Positions 9,765-18,999 of a stretch of DNA of 41,712 nt are shown one piece after another; position 1 is the stretch's first letter; each line of letters begins with the position of its first letter. The position numbers and the translations under genes are program-made. The stretch covers positions 1-41,712 of the IMG/VR virus record IMGVR_UViG_3300042861_001875; one strand, written 5' to 3'. Source of the stretch: a virus. Its lineage: Duplodnaviria > Caudoviricetes. The notes beneath the pieces are model-generated. The model saw only the letters and a list, made by a program, of their open reading frames with translations, ran no database searches and had not been told where the DNA came from.

Positions 9765-10018
9765 TCTTTTGGCTTCCCGGTTTTGTGTAAGCAATCAATT
9801 CGCAAATCCAGGCAATCGTTAATGATTCCCTGGTTTTTAACTGTCAATTCCAGTTCGTATAGTCTTTGCTCGACCCGCGAAAATCGACGCCCAAGATTGC
9901 ACAGCAAGCAGAATAGGAAAATCGACAGGCCGATATACCAAATCGCCGTCAAGTCACCGTTAGTTGCGCGAGACAACTCTTCATAGAGTTCCGGGCTCGA
10001 CGGATTCGGCTGCGACAT
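9761..10018 (-). CDS. Small single-TM membrane protein (holin/spanin-like candidate)
   Basis: Hydrophobic segment IWYIGLSIFLFCLLCNLG followed by a short coiled segment; AGGGGA upstream. Confidence 0.5.
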   Translation of the reverse strand: MSQPNPSSPELYEELSRATNGDLTAIWYIGLSIFLFCLLCNLGRRFSRVEQRLYELELTVKNQGIINDCLDLRIDCLHKTGKPKE

Positions 10019-10135
10019 CGGTTCCCCTCCACCATTGGACCATTCGAAGGATTAACGTGACCGGGTTTAAATCGTAGGTTGGCGCCGAAATCAACGGCTC
10101 AAAAACCCACCGATACAATAATTCGGAAAAAAGCG

Positions 10136-10447
10136 TCATTTTGTTTTTACCAAGCTTTCCAGGTGCTCAACTCGTTCCCGTAAATGTTGACGATCGGCGA
10201 TGCATTCGCTGTTTGCGGTCAGTAATGATTCGAGTTTTACTTCGATTTTTCCCTTGTACTCTACAAGAGCCGCCCGCGCGTCTACCAGATCCGCCCGCGT
10301 CTCTTTTATCTGCGACTCCATCAAGCCGAAGTTGACGCGAAACAAAAAGCCGATGGCCCCGGTCAGTGTCGAAGCCCCGACGGCGATAGCCCACGGGATC
10401 CATTCGACGATCGATTGCCCTGGGTGTGGCGGCTGCAAATCGGTCAT
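10136..10447 (-). CDS. Membrane-anchored coiled-coil protein (holin-like candidate)
   Basis: N-terminal TM WIPWAIAVGASTLTGAIGFLF, then a heptad-rich tail; coupled to the portal stop. Confidence 0.55.
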   Translation of the reverse strand: MTDLQPPHPGQSIVEWIPWAIAVGASTLTGAIGFLFRVNFGLMESQIKETRADLVDARAALVEYKGKIEVKLESLLTANSECIADRQHLRERVEHLESLVKTK

Positions 10448-12051
10448 TTCGCGAGTCCTCTGCTCTGTAGTTCGCGGCCTAAAGACTGGGCGAAAGCTTC
10501 CGGGGAGGGGAAAACGGCGCCGGCCCCTCGCATCGCTGCAAAGGCGGCCTTTGGACTTCCGGGTGGGGCGGGCTCACCGTTGGCGGCCGATCCGGGAACC
10601 ATTCCTGGCGGCATTCCGGGCTGTTGGGGCGGGTAAATCTTCGGATTGGCTAAAATTTCGTCGTCGGCGTCCGGCCGTGCCGACCCGATTATTTGGTAAA
10701 GTTCGTCCGACTTGATTTTGAGCCCCATTTCGTAGGCTTTTCCGATCGCTTCAAGTCGTTCGCGGACGTTATCGGATTCGGTGTCGATCACGAATTTGAC
10801 GCCGATATGCGCCGACTTCGGAAAATTCCAAAGCTGCAGCGGCCGTAAAATATCGGTGGTGATCGCTTCCTGCAGTTTGACCGCATCGTAACTAAGGATA
10901 TCGCCAAGCGTCGCTAAGTGTGCGTCGGCGACCCCTGAACCCATCCCGGTTGCGTCCGCTTCGCTGCTTAACGTCTGGCCAAGAATATACCGTTTGATCT
11001 TATGGCCAAAATACGTCCGGATTATCTCGATCGTCGTATTGACCCCGCCGAGCCCCGGTTCCACAAGTTGAGGCATGTACCGGTCAGAATCTTCGCCGGC
11101 GGGGATCGGTGCAAGAATCACTGTCCGCCCGCCACCCATCGCGGCGTAAGCGGCTTTTTCCGTCTCGATTTTCGCTTTTTGATTGCCGCTTTGATACGGC
11201 CAAATCTCAATCCCAAATGCGGCCCGGTCCAGGTACTCGATAACCCGCTGCAAGCACTCGATTTGAGCGTACCACGTCCAGTAAATCCGATCGCGGATCC
11301 CGACCCCGTGGATCCGTCCGGCCATGCGGGGCTGATCCCACGGACCGTCTTCGATCAGGTGCTTGTGGACCGCGACGGTGGCCCGTTCCCATCGGTTCAA
11401 CCAGTAAACCAAACCGGATTCGGTTGCCTGAATCCGGGCCCGGCCTCTTTCGTCCCGATTGCTGGGGAGTTCTGGGCGGAATGCAGACGAAACCCGGATC
11501 CCGATTTGGTCGGGGTCGATATCGTGGGATCCGTCGTCGTACCGAAAAACAAGCTTATCCCCGTGCCTTGGCTCCCATCGGCGAATAACCGTTCGCCACT
11601 TGCCGCCGATATTTTTCGCTCCGTACTGGTTGGCAATCGCATAGCGGCCATACCAAATTGCTTCCTGCATTACCCGCCGATATTCGGTGAAATACGGCGT
11701 ATTTTCCAAAATCGTCGTAAGCGCCGCGGCCAAGTCCTTTTGCTCTTGGCTCTTTTCGTCGTCGACCGCCAAGTGCCACGGGCAAAGGGCTACGGTTCGC
11801 TGCCGGCCCTCGACGCATTCCATAATCCCGCAATCGGCCCGCATCCTCTGAGCGTTCGCCCTGCTATCCTGCAGGGCTTCGTCCATGTTGAGGTAGCTTT
11901 TTGAGCTAACCCCGAACCGCCCCGATGCCGTGTGAATGTGCGGGACGACATCCATCCCGAAATTCGGCGGGGCGCCCGTTCCCCTGGCGGGGTCGCGCAA
12001 AGACGACTGAATGATCGACGCGGGAATCGTGCGGGGGTCGATTTCGGCCAT
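10444..12051 (-). CDS. Portal protein, DUF935/Mu gp29-like
   Basis: 535 aa downstream of terminase; EAIWYGRY, ILGQTLSSEA...GSGVADAH, LRPLQLWNFP motifs. Confidence 0.8.
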   Translation of the reverse strand: MAEIDPRTIPASIIQSSLRDPARGTGAPPNFGMDVVPHIHTASGRFGVSSKSYLNMDEALQDSRANAQRMRADCGIMECVEGRQRTVALCPWHLAVDDEKSQEQKDLAAALTTILENTPYFTEYRRVMQEAIWYGRYAIANQYGAKNIGGKWRTVIRRWEPRHGDKLVFRYDDGSHDIDPDQIGIRVSSAFRPELPSNRDERGRARIQATESGLVYWLNRWERATVAVHKHLIEDGPWDQPRMAGRIHGVGIRDRIYWTWYAQIECLQRVIEYLDRAAFGIEIWPYQSGNQKAKIETEKAAYAAMGGGRTVILAPIPAGEDSDRYMPQLVEPGLGGVNTTIEIIRTYFGHKIKRYILGQTLSSEADATGMGSGVADAHLATLGDILSYDAVKLQEAITTDILRPLQLWNFPKSAHIGVKFVIDTESDNVRERLEAIGKAYEMGLKIKSDELYQIIGSARPDADDEILANPKIYPPQQPGMPPGMVPGSAANGEPAPPGSPKAAFAAMRGAGAVFPSPEAFAQSLGRELQSRGLAK

Positions 12052-12117
12052 TTTGCTACCAGGGTGGGTTACGCGGCGGGGTTGATCGTATCATAAACTG
12101 CGGCCGATTTCGACAGT

Positions 12118-13086
12118 TTACCGGCCCCGATTCGGCTCTCCGCGATCGGGCTCACCTCGGTTCGGTTGCGCGAAAAGTCTTTCAGGCAGGGTTGATCGGG
12201 TGTAGGATCGTCGAATCGCCCTGGCTCGCTCGCCAACCGGCGTAAATTCTGCCTGACGAAATGGCCCTTCCCCGCCCATTCTGGCGACGGTTCGCGTTTT
12301 AAATCCGGCGGCCGTCGCTTTCCTCGGGACGTAATCGCCGTGAGACTGGATGAGGCGGTAAGTGTGCTGATGACTCCAAACCGACCCACGGACGCGAAGA
12401 TAATCCCAGACGGCCCCGCCGGCGGACTGTGCGGACGCTCTCGAAAAATCGTGGTATTTCCTGACGGGAACGTCGTAATAGGCATAGGTCTGCCCCGGAC
12501 CGGATCGGCCGCCGCTGGAAGTCACTCCCAGGAAAGTGACGTACAAAATCCCGCGGGTTCTCGATTCCGGCTCGAAGAAATACCCGTAGACGTTGGTCGA
12601 TCCGGGGGTCAGCCGCATCGCGTCCATCATTTCCGCGAATTGCTGCGGATCGTATGCGGCGCCCCTGCCGAATAATCCCCGCGGCTTTTCCGGCTCTGGG
12701 GGCGGAGGGGCTGCCGGTGATGGCGGCGCGGGTGGCGGCGGTCCCGGTGGTGGAGGGGCTGCCGTCGGCCTGCTTGGGTACGTTATCTGTGGCGGCGGTG
12801 ATGGCCATTCCCGAATCTGTATCGGCGGGGCTCCCGGCCGCCAGTCCGGCGCCCGTTCCTCCCGTTGCTCCTGCTGCTGCCTTTGCCGAAAAACAAGTTC
12901 GGCCAGCCGCCGGGCAACTGCTCTTGCAAAATCCTGAGCGGCGACCGGTCGGAACGATCGGCGGCCGATTGTTTGCCGGACATACGGCCCGGTTTCGGTT
13001 TCCGGCGGCCGTCCGGTCACTGCTTGGCTGATTATCCCGCGGACGGTTTTTCCGGCCGATCTTGCAAGGTTGAACAATCGGCTCAT
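12118..13086 (-). CDS. Proline-rich protein with KTSC-like domain
   Basis: STNVYGYFFEPESRTRGILYVTF...TYAYYDVPVRKYHDF...SAGGAVWDYLR resembles the KTSC domain. Confidence 0.6.
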   Translation of the reverse strand: MSRLFNLARSAGKTVRGIISQAVTGRPPETETGPYVRQTIGRRSFRPVAAQDFARAVARRLAELVFRQRQQQEQREERAPDWRPGAPPIQIREWPSPPPQITYPSRPTAAPPPPGPPPPAPPSPAAPPPPEPEKPRGLFGRGAAYDPQQFAEMMDAMRLTPGSTNVYGYFFEPESRTRGILYVTFLGVTSSGGRSGPGQTYAYYDVPVRKYHDFSRASAQSAGGAVWDYLRVRGSVWSHQHTYRLIQSHGDYVPRKATAAGFKTRTVARMGGEGPFRQAEFTPVGERARAIRRSYTRSTLPERLFAQPNRGEPDRGEPNRGR

Positions 13087-14486
13087 CGGTATTGCCTGTC
13101 CCTTTTGTCACGGATCCGCTGAAGGGCGACCACGGCCCCAAATCGTTGCGAGTCGACCGTCTGCCGTGTCTTCGTCGCCGGCTCCCCCGCCGACATCATA
13201 CCGCTTGCCAACTTATTGAACGCCCCGGCGGTTGCGTCTACTTGGTCATCGTGGGCGAATTCGGGAAACGCGGTTAGTTCGTCGATAAAGTCCGAATTCC
13301 ACGCCCCCGACACAATCCGGATATTTCCGGCCTCTGCCTGAGCGGAAAGACCCATCGCCCGAACGATTTTCGCTTCCCCTGGCAGTTTCTCCCCGCCAAC
13401 CATCCGGCGACTTGCACCGACCGAAACATTGTCAATAAATGCCGGAAAGCCCACCAGCATTTTGATAAACATCTGCGAAACTTCTTTCCCGCCCGATCCC
13501 CCTTCCTGCTCGCCGAATACCAGAACCTCGTTTTGGTATTTTCGTGCATCATCCCGTGCGGTCTGCAGAATGACCTGATTTCGGTCGTGATAACTCCATT
13601 GGCCACGCTGAACGTCCTCAATGTAGAAGATCCCGCGACTATCAACCGCCATCAGGACGCCTGCCGAATAATCGCCGTCCCCCTCGGTGGATGCTCGATC
13701 CCAGTACCGGACCCGTTGACAGTCCCTCGGAACGTGATCGACAAATTGAAACCACTCCCGGCGAAACATCAGCCCTTCGATATCGACAAATTCGCCTTCG
13801 AGTTCCTGGGCGGAGAGTCGAGAAGAGTATCGGCCGCGAATGTTGTCAAAGAATTCTTTCGGCAAAAACGGGTTGTCGATCGTCCTTGCCCGGATGAGAC
13901 CGGTGTTATTTTTCGGCTTGTATGGCTTGCCGTTCGCCGTTACGCATCCCTCGAAATAATCTTCATTGTGCCCCAGTGGTTCAAAGCATTCGGTAAATGT
14001 CCAGTGTTTCGTCCCCCTGGGAGTAAACGTCAGCCACAACGGCCCCATTTTGCCCTTATATCTAAGGGTTGGGATAATCACGTCAAACGCGGCGCGGCTC
14101 GTCAAGCTGGCTTCGTCGATCCAGACCCCAGCTTTTGACGGCCCGGCCAGTTTGTCCGGCACCTCGGCGGACCGAAAAACAATCGACGCGACCCCGCGGT
14201 CGGAAGTTCGCCACCATATTCGCGGGTACGGTGACAAGATTTGGCGAATGTACACGTCCGTTTGCTTGGCTACTTCCTCAAACGTCGGAAAGGTTGTTTC
14301 CCGGACGACCCCAGCGTCGGGAGATAGAGCGGTAAACTGGTCGCCCGATTTCGCGTATTTTTGGACGGCGCGAGCCCCGATAACCGTTTTACCGACACCG
14401 CGGCCCCCGCAAAAAGCACGAATCCAGGTTTTCAGGTCGATAAAACCGGCTTGCTTGCGGTAGATCGGAAACGGCCTGACTTTCAT
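13083..14486 (-). CDS. terL: Terminase large subunit
   Basis: Walker A GGRGVGKT, Walker B VWIDEA, TFTPRG, DNPFL, QELEGEF; nuclease motifs RYWDRAS...GDYSAG and HDDQVDA. Confidence 0.93.
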   Translation of the reverse strand: MKVRPFPIYRKQAGFIDLKTWIRAFCGGRGVGKTVIGARAVQKYAKSGDQFTALSPDAGVVRETTFPTFEEVAKQTDVYIRQILSPYPRIWWRTSDRGVASIVFRSAEVPDKLAGPSKAGVWIDEASLTSRAAFDVIIPTLRYKGKMGPLWLTFTPRGTKHWTFTECFEPLGHNEDYFEGCVTANGKPYKPKNNTGLIRARTIDNPFLPKEFFDNIRGRYSSRLSAQELEGEFVDIEGLMFRREWFQFVDHVPRDCQRVRYWDRASTEGDGDYSAGVLMAVDSRGIFYIEDVQRGQWSYHDRNQVILQTARDDARKYQNEVLVFGEQEGGSGGKEVSQMFIKMLVGFPAFIDNVSVGASRRMVGGEKLPGEAKIVRAMGLSAQAEAGNIRIVSGAWNSDFIDELTAFPEFAHDDQVDATAGAFNKLASGMMSAGEPATKTRQTVDSQRFGAVVALQRIRDKRDRQYR

Positions 14487-15040
14487 TGCCCGCGGGCTCG
14501 TTTGTAATCTTCGAGCGAGATCGCCCGGAATTCCTCGGCCTCTTCTCTGGTCTCGATCAGCAAATCGACCACTTCCGGCGAGTCGGCGGCTTTCCCTTCG
14601 TCGACCTTTTCAAACGTCAGGCCAAGCAATTCGCACCGCTGCCGCACGGTATTGGTTATCGTGGCCAGAAATGCCGGCGATCCGGCTTGGTTGATTCTCT
14701 TTGTGCCGGTTTTGACCGTCGGCCCCTTCGGGCTGTCGGTTTCTTCGTCGACGACCTGAACCTCGTCCTTTAATGACCTGTCCCACCCCTCCCAAGCGGC
14801 CCGCTCTACGGCGTCAAGTTTCGCGCATTCCTTCGCGATCAAGTCGTTCCGGGCCTTTTTTGTCCTGGCCCGCCATCGCTTCCTTTCGCGGGAAATGATC
14901 TTTCGGATTTCTCCGCCGTCGATTCCTTCCCGCTGAGTGATTTCGTGGATCGGATACCCGCGGACGTACATGCCAACGATCCGGCCCGCCGTGGCGGTCG
15001 TAATGTCGGCCGATTGCGTCTTATCTACGGGCTTAATCAC
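14483..15040 (-). CDS. HTH protein, probable terminase small subunit
   Basis: N-terminal HTH (MYVRGYPIHEITQREGI), helical body ending RCELLGL; directly upstream of and coupled to terL. Confidence 0.6.
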   Translation of the reverse strand: MIKPVDKTQSADITTATAGRIVGMYVRGYPIHEITQREGIDGGEIRKIISRERKRWRARTKKARNDLIAKECAKLDAVERAAWEGWDRSLKDEVQVVDEETDSPKGPTVKTGTKRINQAGSPAFLATITNTVRQRCELLGLTFEKVDEGKAADSPEVVDLLIETREEAEEFRAISLEDYKRARGQ

Positions 15041-15041
15041 T

Positions 15042-16028
15042 TCACTTCACCGCCGGGGATTCCAGCATTTTTGCGACCTTGGCCCCGGTGAGTCCGGGGT
15101 ACTCGTTTTTCAGCGCGGAGGCAATTTCGCCGGGCTTCATGCCGTCGACCGCACAAGCGGCCACCCGCTCGACCACGTTATCAATTTCGGCGTGCGGTCC
15201 CCGCTGACCGGCGGATTTTGCCCGTTGAAACTGCTCGTCCTCCTGCCGTCGCATTTCGGCCAAGCGATCGGCGGGGGAGGCTGCCAAGGAGGGTAACTGC
15301 CCGTCAATCGGCATTCCGAGGAAATCGGCCCGCTCCTTGACCTGCTCGACACTGACCCCTTTCATCCGTGCGATTTGAGCCGACGGAACCCGCTGCTCGA
15401 TCAATGAATCGATCGACTCGGGGGCGATTTTCGCCGGCTTCGGCTTGCTTGGATTCGCGTACCGATTCCGCTTTGTACGCTCGGACCACTCTTTTTCGGT
15501 CTGCTCGACCTTCCGCCGATAGGCCGGTGAAGTCCAGGTTTTCCGGTCGTAATGGGTGCCCGGCTTTTCGTATTCTTCGCGCACCATTCGGACATCGGAA
15601 AATCCGTACTGTAGAGCGATTTGACGATCGGAAACGCCCTGAACCTCGATGAGCGTCTTGATCGATTCGGGATAGACAATCTTCAACGGCTTCACGTCGC
15701 CAATCGCCGACCATGCGTTCCAAAGCTGGTGACTTCCGGCAGGATCGGTATTCGAAGCGTCAATTTCGATTCCTTGGCTCCAATCTGCCAGGGTGTGTTC
15801 AAATCGGTCAATCGCCAGGACTAGCGGCTTGGCTTCTAGTTCGGCCTCTGCCGTGTCACATAGGTCGATCAAATCGGCCCACGCATTCGCGACGGCTTCG
15901 GAAATCGTTTTTCGCTCGGCCCCCCGCCAGTTCACAAGCGGCGCCGATTCCTCGGGCATTTCGTTCCATTGATCGATCACCGCTTGGGCTTTAGCGATTT
16001 GGTCGGTTAATTGTTGTCGGGTCAGCAT
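15042..16028 (-). CDS. Protein with repeated HTH-like motifs
   Basis: PESIKTLIEVQGVSDRQIALQYG; PESIDSLIEQRVPSAQIARMKGVS; VDGMKPGEIASAL. Confidence 0.55.
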   Translation of the reverse strand: MLTRQQLTDQIAKAQAVIDQWNEMPEESAPLVNWRGAERKTISEAVANAWADLIDLCDTAEAELEAKPLVLAIDRFEHTLADWSQGIEIDASNTDPAGSHQLWNAWSAIGDVKPLKIVYPESIKTLIEVQGVSDRQIALQYGFSDVRMVREEYEKPGTHYDRKTWTSPAYRRKVEQTEKEWSERTKRNRYANPSKPKPAKIAPESIDSLIEQRVPSAQIARMKGVSVEQVKERADFLGMPIDGQLPSLAASPADRLAEMRRQEDEQFQRAKSAGQRGPHAEIDNVVERVAACAVDGMKPGEIASALKNEYPGLTGAKVAKMLESPAVK

Positions 16029-16060
16029 CGAACCATTCCTGGCAGTTTGTCGGGGGATTT

Positions 16061-16095
16061 CAAAACAAAACCCCGCCGAATTTTAGCCGGCGGGG
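16061..16095 (-). terminator. Intrinsic terminator ending the exported-protein operon
   Basis: CCCCGCCG/CGGCGGGG stem (16071-16095) followed by TTTTGTTTT on the - strand. Confidence 0.7.
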
Positions 16096-16110
16096 CGATC
16101 GATCGGCAAA

Positions 16111-16506
16111 TCAAAGCCCAAAAAGCTTCAAAATCGCCGGGAGGTATTTCATCACAAGTTCAAAAAACGCGGCCCAATCGCGAGCCATAAGCGTACCGTC
16201 GGGGGCCTCTTCGAGTTCGCCGGAAGTCTCCATTTCATGAAGAACATTGTCAACGATATTTTCTTTCAACCGCGGCCGGCGGCCGTCACGGAAAATTCCT
16301 TCCAGCCGGCGGCGCTGCATCGGCCGAAGGTCGGGATTTTGGTCGATTGACTCAAGAATCGCCGCTTCAACCTCCTTTCGATTGACCGCTTGGGGCTGGC
16401 GAATCGCCATTATTGCCGGTTCTGAGAAAATAGGAGTATCCGGCGGCACGAATGCTTGCGGCTTCGGTGCCGGCCGCTTGGGCTTCGGCTTGGATTTTGT
16501 GACCAT
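16111..16506 (-). CDS. Hypothetical protein with C-terminal amphipathic helix
   Basis: ATG 16506 lies just after the matrixin stop; ends DWAAFFELVMKYLPAILKLFGL. Confidence 0.6.
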   Translation of the reverse strand: MVTKSKPKPKRPAPKPQAFVPPDTPIFSEPAIMAIRQPQAVNRKEVEAAILESIDQNPDLRPMQRRRLEGIFRDGRRPRLKENIVDNVLHEMETSGELEEAPDGTLMARDWAAFFELVMKYLPAILKLFGL

Positions 16507-16513
16507 TTTTGCC

Positions 16514-17437
16514 TTAAAATTTGGGGGAACGGACAATCAAAAACTCTTCGCCCGTTCGCTTATCGACAATTCGAAAATCGGCAAACGGGTTCGAGGGGTC
16601 GGGAGTCGGCGGCGGGTCGACCGGATCCGGTTTCCCGCCGGGGACGCGAAGCATAATTTCGTCGGAGGGTCGCACCTTATTTTTTACGGTGTAACCCAAC
16701 GCGATCGACTGCTTAAAATCGGCTTCGGCTTGCCACGCCTTCCGGGCTAGCGATTGCTGGTTGATTTCCGGCCGCATTAGAGCCCCGGCCGCCTGGACGT
16801 GAGGATGCCCCAATGCGTGTCCGATTTCGTGCGCCATCGTTGTAGCGCCGAACCATAGTTGCCACGTCCGATCAGAGTCGATCCGCTGTTGCTTCGGGCG
16901 GCTGCACGAATTATCGGCGAGGTAAGACCATGCCAAGGTCGAACCGCTGAGGGCTGCCGCATCGCACCAAATATGGGCGCCATCTTTTGCCCATCCGGGG
17001 TTCGGAGTAAGGCTGATATCGATCGAATGATTCCAGCAATTCATAGCCGCAATAAGCATCTGATCAACTTCGGCTTGGCTCAATCCCTTGAGAGCCTTGA
17101 AGACTCGACCGTATCGAAGTTTACCGCGGCACGACTGCGGCCAGTTCGCTTCGGCCGGCTGATCCGAAGCGTAGAGTCGAACACCCGCAGAATCGACCGG
17201 GAAATCCGGGAATCCGCATCGCGGTTCTTCGAGGATCGCGGAGAATTCCGGACTATCGCCTTCGTGGTCGACTTTCGACCGCATGAAAAGCTGATAGCTT
17301 TCGATCGCCGTTTTGACCGCTTGGTCGGTCAATTTCAGGAGCGGCAAGTCTTTTTCCGCTATCCCGGTCGGGGCTACCGGATTGTTGAAATGCCCCAAAT
17401 CGAACAAGCGGCGGATAATTTCGGCGGATCGCATCAT
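16514..17437 (-). CDS. Matrixin-family (M10, MMP-like) zinc metalloprotease zymogen
   Basis: Cysteine switch PRCGFPD; zinc motif HEIGHALGHPH; Met-turn ALMRP; TLAWSYL strand. Confidence 0.85.
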   Translation of the reverse strand: MMRSAEIIRRLFDLGHFNNPVAPTGIAEKDLPLLKLTDQAVKTAIESYQLFMRSKVDHEGDSPEFSAILEEPRCGFPDFPVDSAGVRLYASDQPAEANWPQSCRGKLRYGRVFKALKGLSQAEVDQMLIAAMNCWNHSIDISLTPNPGWAKDGAHIWCDAAALSGSTLAWSYLADNSCSRPKQQRIDSDRTWQLWFGATTMAHEIGHALGHPHVQAAGALMRPEINQQSLARKAWQAEADFKQSIALGYTVKNKVRPSDEIMLRVPGGKPDPVDPPPTPDPSNPFADFRIVDKRTGEEFLIVRSPKF

Positions 17438-18042
17438 TTCTTCCCGATCAGTTCATTGACTTTGGCGGTAATCTCGACGGCTTTCTCAAGCGTCACTTTA
17501 TCGGCCGATCGCTCGACCCCCTGAGCAATGGCGATCAAAAACGTCGACATTTTGGCGGCGTCCATCGGCCCGCCCGTCGCGATTCTTTCCGCGGCTTCCG
17601 ATCCTACGCGGGTTCGGAAGGTCTCCCACCCTTTAACCAGCGACTCGGCGGCCAATTTCGTAACGTTCGCGGCATTATCCGGCTGCACTTCGCCGCGTTG
17701 AACCGCTTCGCCGACTTGCTGGTAAATCGTCGCGATGACCCCGGCCCCGGCTTTGTCGCTTTCTCCCTTCGCCCATTCATCGGCCTTGGCGCTCAAGGCT
17801 TCGTCGGGGCTCTTGGGCGGTTCCGGCGGCGTCGGTGGGTTTGGTGGGTTTGGTGGGTCTGGCGGCGTCGGTGGGGCTGCCGTCCGCAGGTCTGCAACGG
17901 ATGACGCCCTAACAAGAATCGGCGTCCCGTCGCCGGCTTGCGTCAAAACGAAATAACCCGCGTCGGTGATAACCACGGCGGGCTCGGTGGAAAACGCGAT
18001 CGCGGGGAATGCGATCGCGAACAAAATCAAGGCTCGTAACAT
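17434..18042 (-). CDS. Exported protein with Pro-rich linker
   Basis: Signal peptide MLRALILFAIAFPAIAFS; PPTPPDPPNPPNPPTPPEPP linker; helical C-domain. Confidence 0.7.
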   Translation of the reverse strand: MLRALILFAIAFPAIAFSTEPAVVITDAGYFVLTQAGDGTPILVRASSVADLRTAAPPTPPDPPNPPNPPTPPEPPKSPDEALSAKADEWAKGESDKAGAGVIATIYQQVGEAVQRGEVQPDNAANVTKLAAESLVKGWETFRTRVGSEAAERIATGGPMDAAKMSTFLIAIAQGVERSADKVTLEKAVEITAKVNELIGKK

Positions 18043-18077
18043 TGCGCGTCCGTGGGCTAGCGTCGCGGTGGTGGTAA

Positions 18078-18497
18078 TCAGCGTATCGACGTTCGGGTCG
18101 ATCCAAGCAAGCCTAGCGGCCCGCGTCTACTGACTTGATCGATTCTTTGGCGGCCAGGGGTTTGGATCGCAAGAATTCGCTGTTGAACGGAATTCTGGGT
18201 AATGCAGGCACCGCCGGCGCATTCTGCCACCCCGCTTCTTATTCGCACTCGCTGGACCTGTGCGGGTTGGATTTTGACCGCCTGGATTCTCTGGATTCGC
18301 TGAATCTGCTGGACCTGAACCGGCTGAACCCTGACTGCCTGAACGGCCTGCAATTCATAAACCGGATCGGCTTGAACCAACTGAACAACCTGATCACCGT
18401 GCCCTCCGGCTTCGGAAATCGTCGGCAGTCCAATCGCAACAAAACAGACGGCCGCAATGGCCAGCAAACCGAAAAAGCGTCGTAGTTTTCCTAACAT
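18078..18497 (-). CDS. Exported Gln/Val-rich protein
   Basis: ATG 18497 after GGAG; signal peptide; (V/I)QxVQ repeats; CAGGAC motif. Confidence 0.6.
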   Translation of the reverse strand: MLGKLRRFFGLLAIAAVCFVAIGLPTISEAGGHGDQVVQLVQADPVYELQAVQAVRVQPVQVQQIQRIQRIQAVKIQPAQVQRVRIRSGVAECAGGACITQNSVQQRILAIQTPGRQRIDQVSRRGPLGLLGSTRTSIR

Positions 18498-18498
18498 A

Positions 18499-18999
18499 TC
18501 ACCAATCTCCCAGGAACAGTAATTTAGCCACTTCACCGCGTTCCTGCTCGGTTAATGGCTCCAAATCCTTCGGCATTTCGCCGCTTAGGATCGATCGCAT
18601 GACCTTCGATTTTTGCTCGGCGGTTAGTGGTGACGAACCATCAAGCACGATTCCGCCGGCCGAATTTTGGGCAGAATGGCATTTCGCGCACTTCTGAACC
18701 AAGACGGAATTCACCGGGGCCGATCTCGATTCGGCGATTGATTTTTCGGCTTCAAGAAACAAGCGAAATTTCTTCAATAGCTCGGCGTCTTCGTGGTCCG
18801 ACGATTGTCCCATCCTGGCAGACTCGACAAGCACCTGAGCCCGATACGGCGCACCGACAAGGTAAAGCACCTGCGGGGCGGATTTCTGAACGACCGCATA
18901 CTCCACCGATCGCTGGACCTGTTGCACTTGGTAGCAATCGGTCGCGGTTGCGGGGGCGGCTGCGAGCAGGACTGCCAGGAGGGTTACAAATCGGATCAC
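18499..18999 (-). CDS. Exported mono-heme c-type cytochrome (planctomycete cytochrome C-like)
   Basis: GTG 18999 overlaps the upstream TGA, with GGAG RBS. Signal peptide. KCAKCHSAQNSAGGIVLD and distal GEMPK (His/Met ligation). Confidence 0.78.
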   Translation of the reverse strand: MIRFVTLLAVLLAAAPATATDCYQVQQVQRSVEYAVVQKSAPQVLYLVGAPYRAQVLVESARMGQSSDHEDAELLKKFRLFLEAEKSIAESRSAPVNSVLVQKCAKCHSAQNSAGGIVLDGSSPLTAEQKSKVMRSILSGEMPKDLEPLTEQERGEVAKLLFLGDW

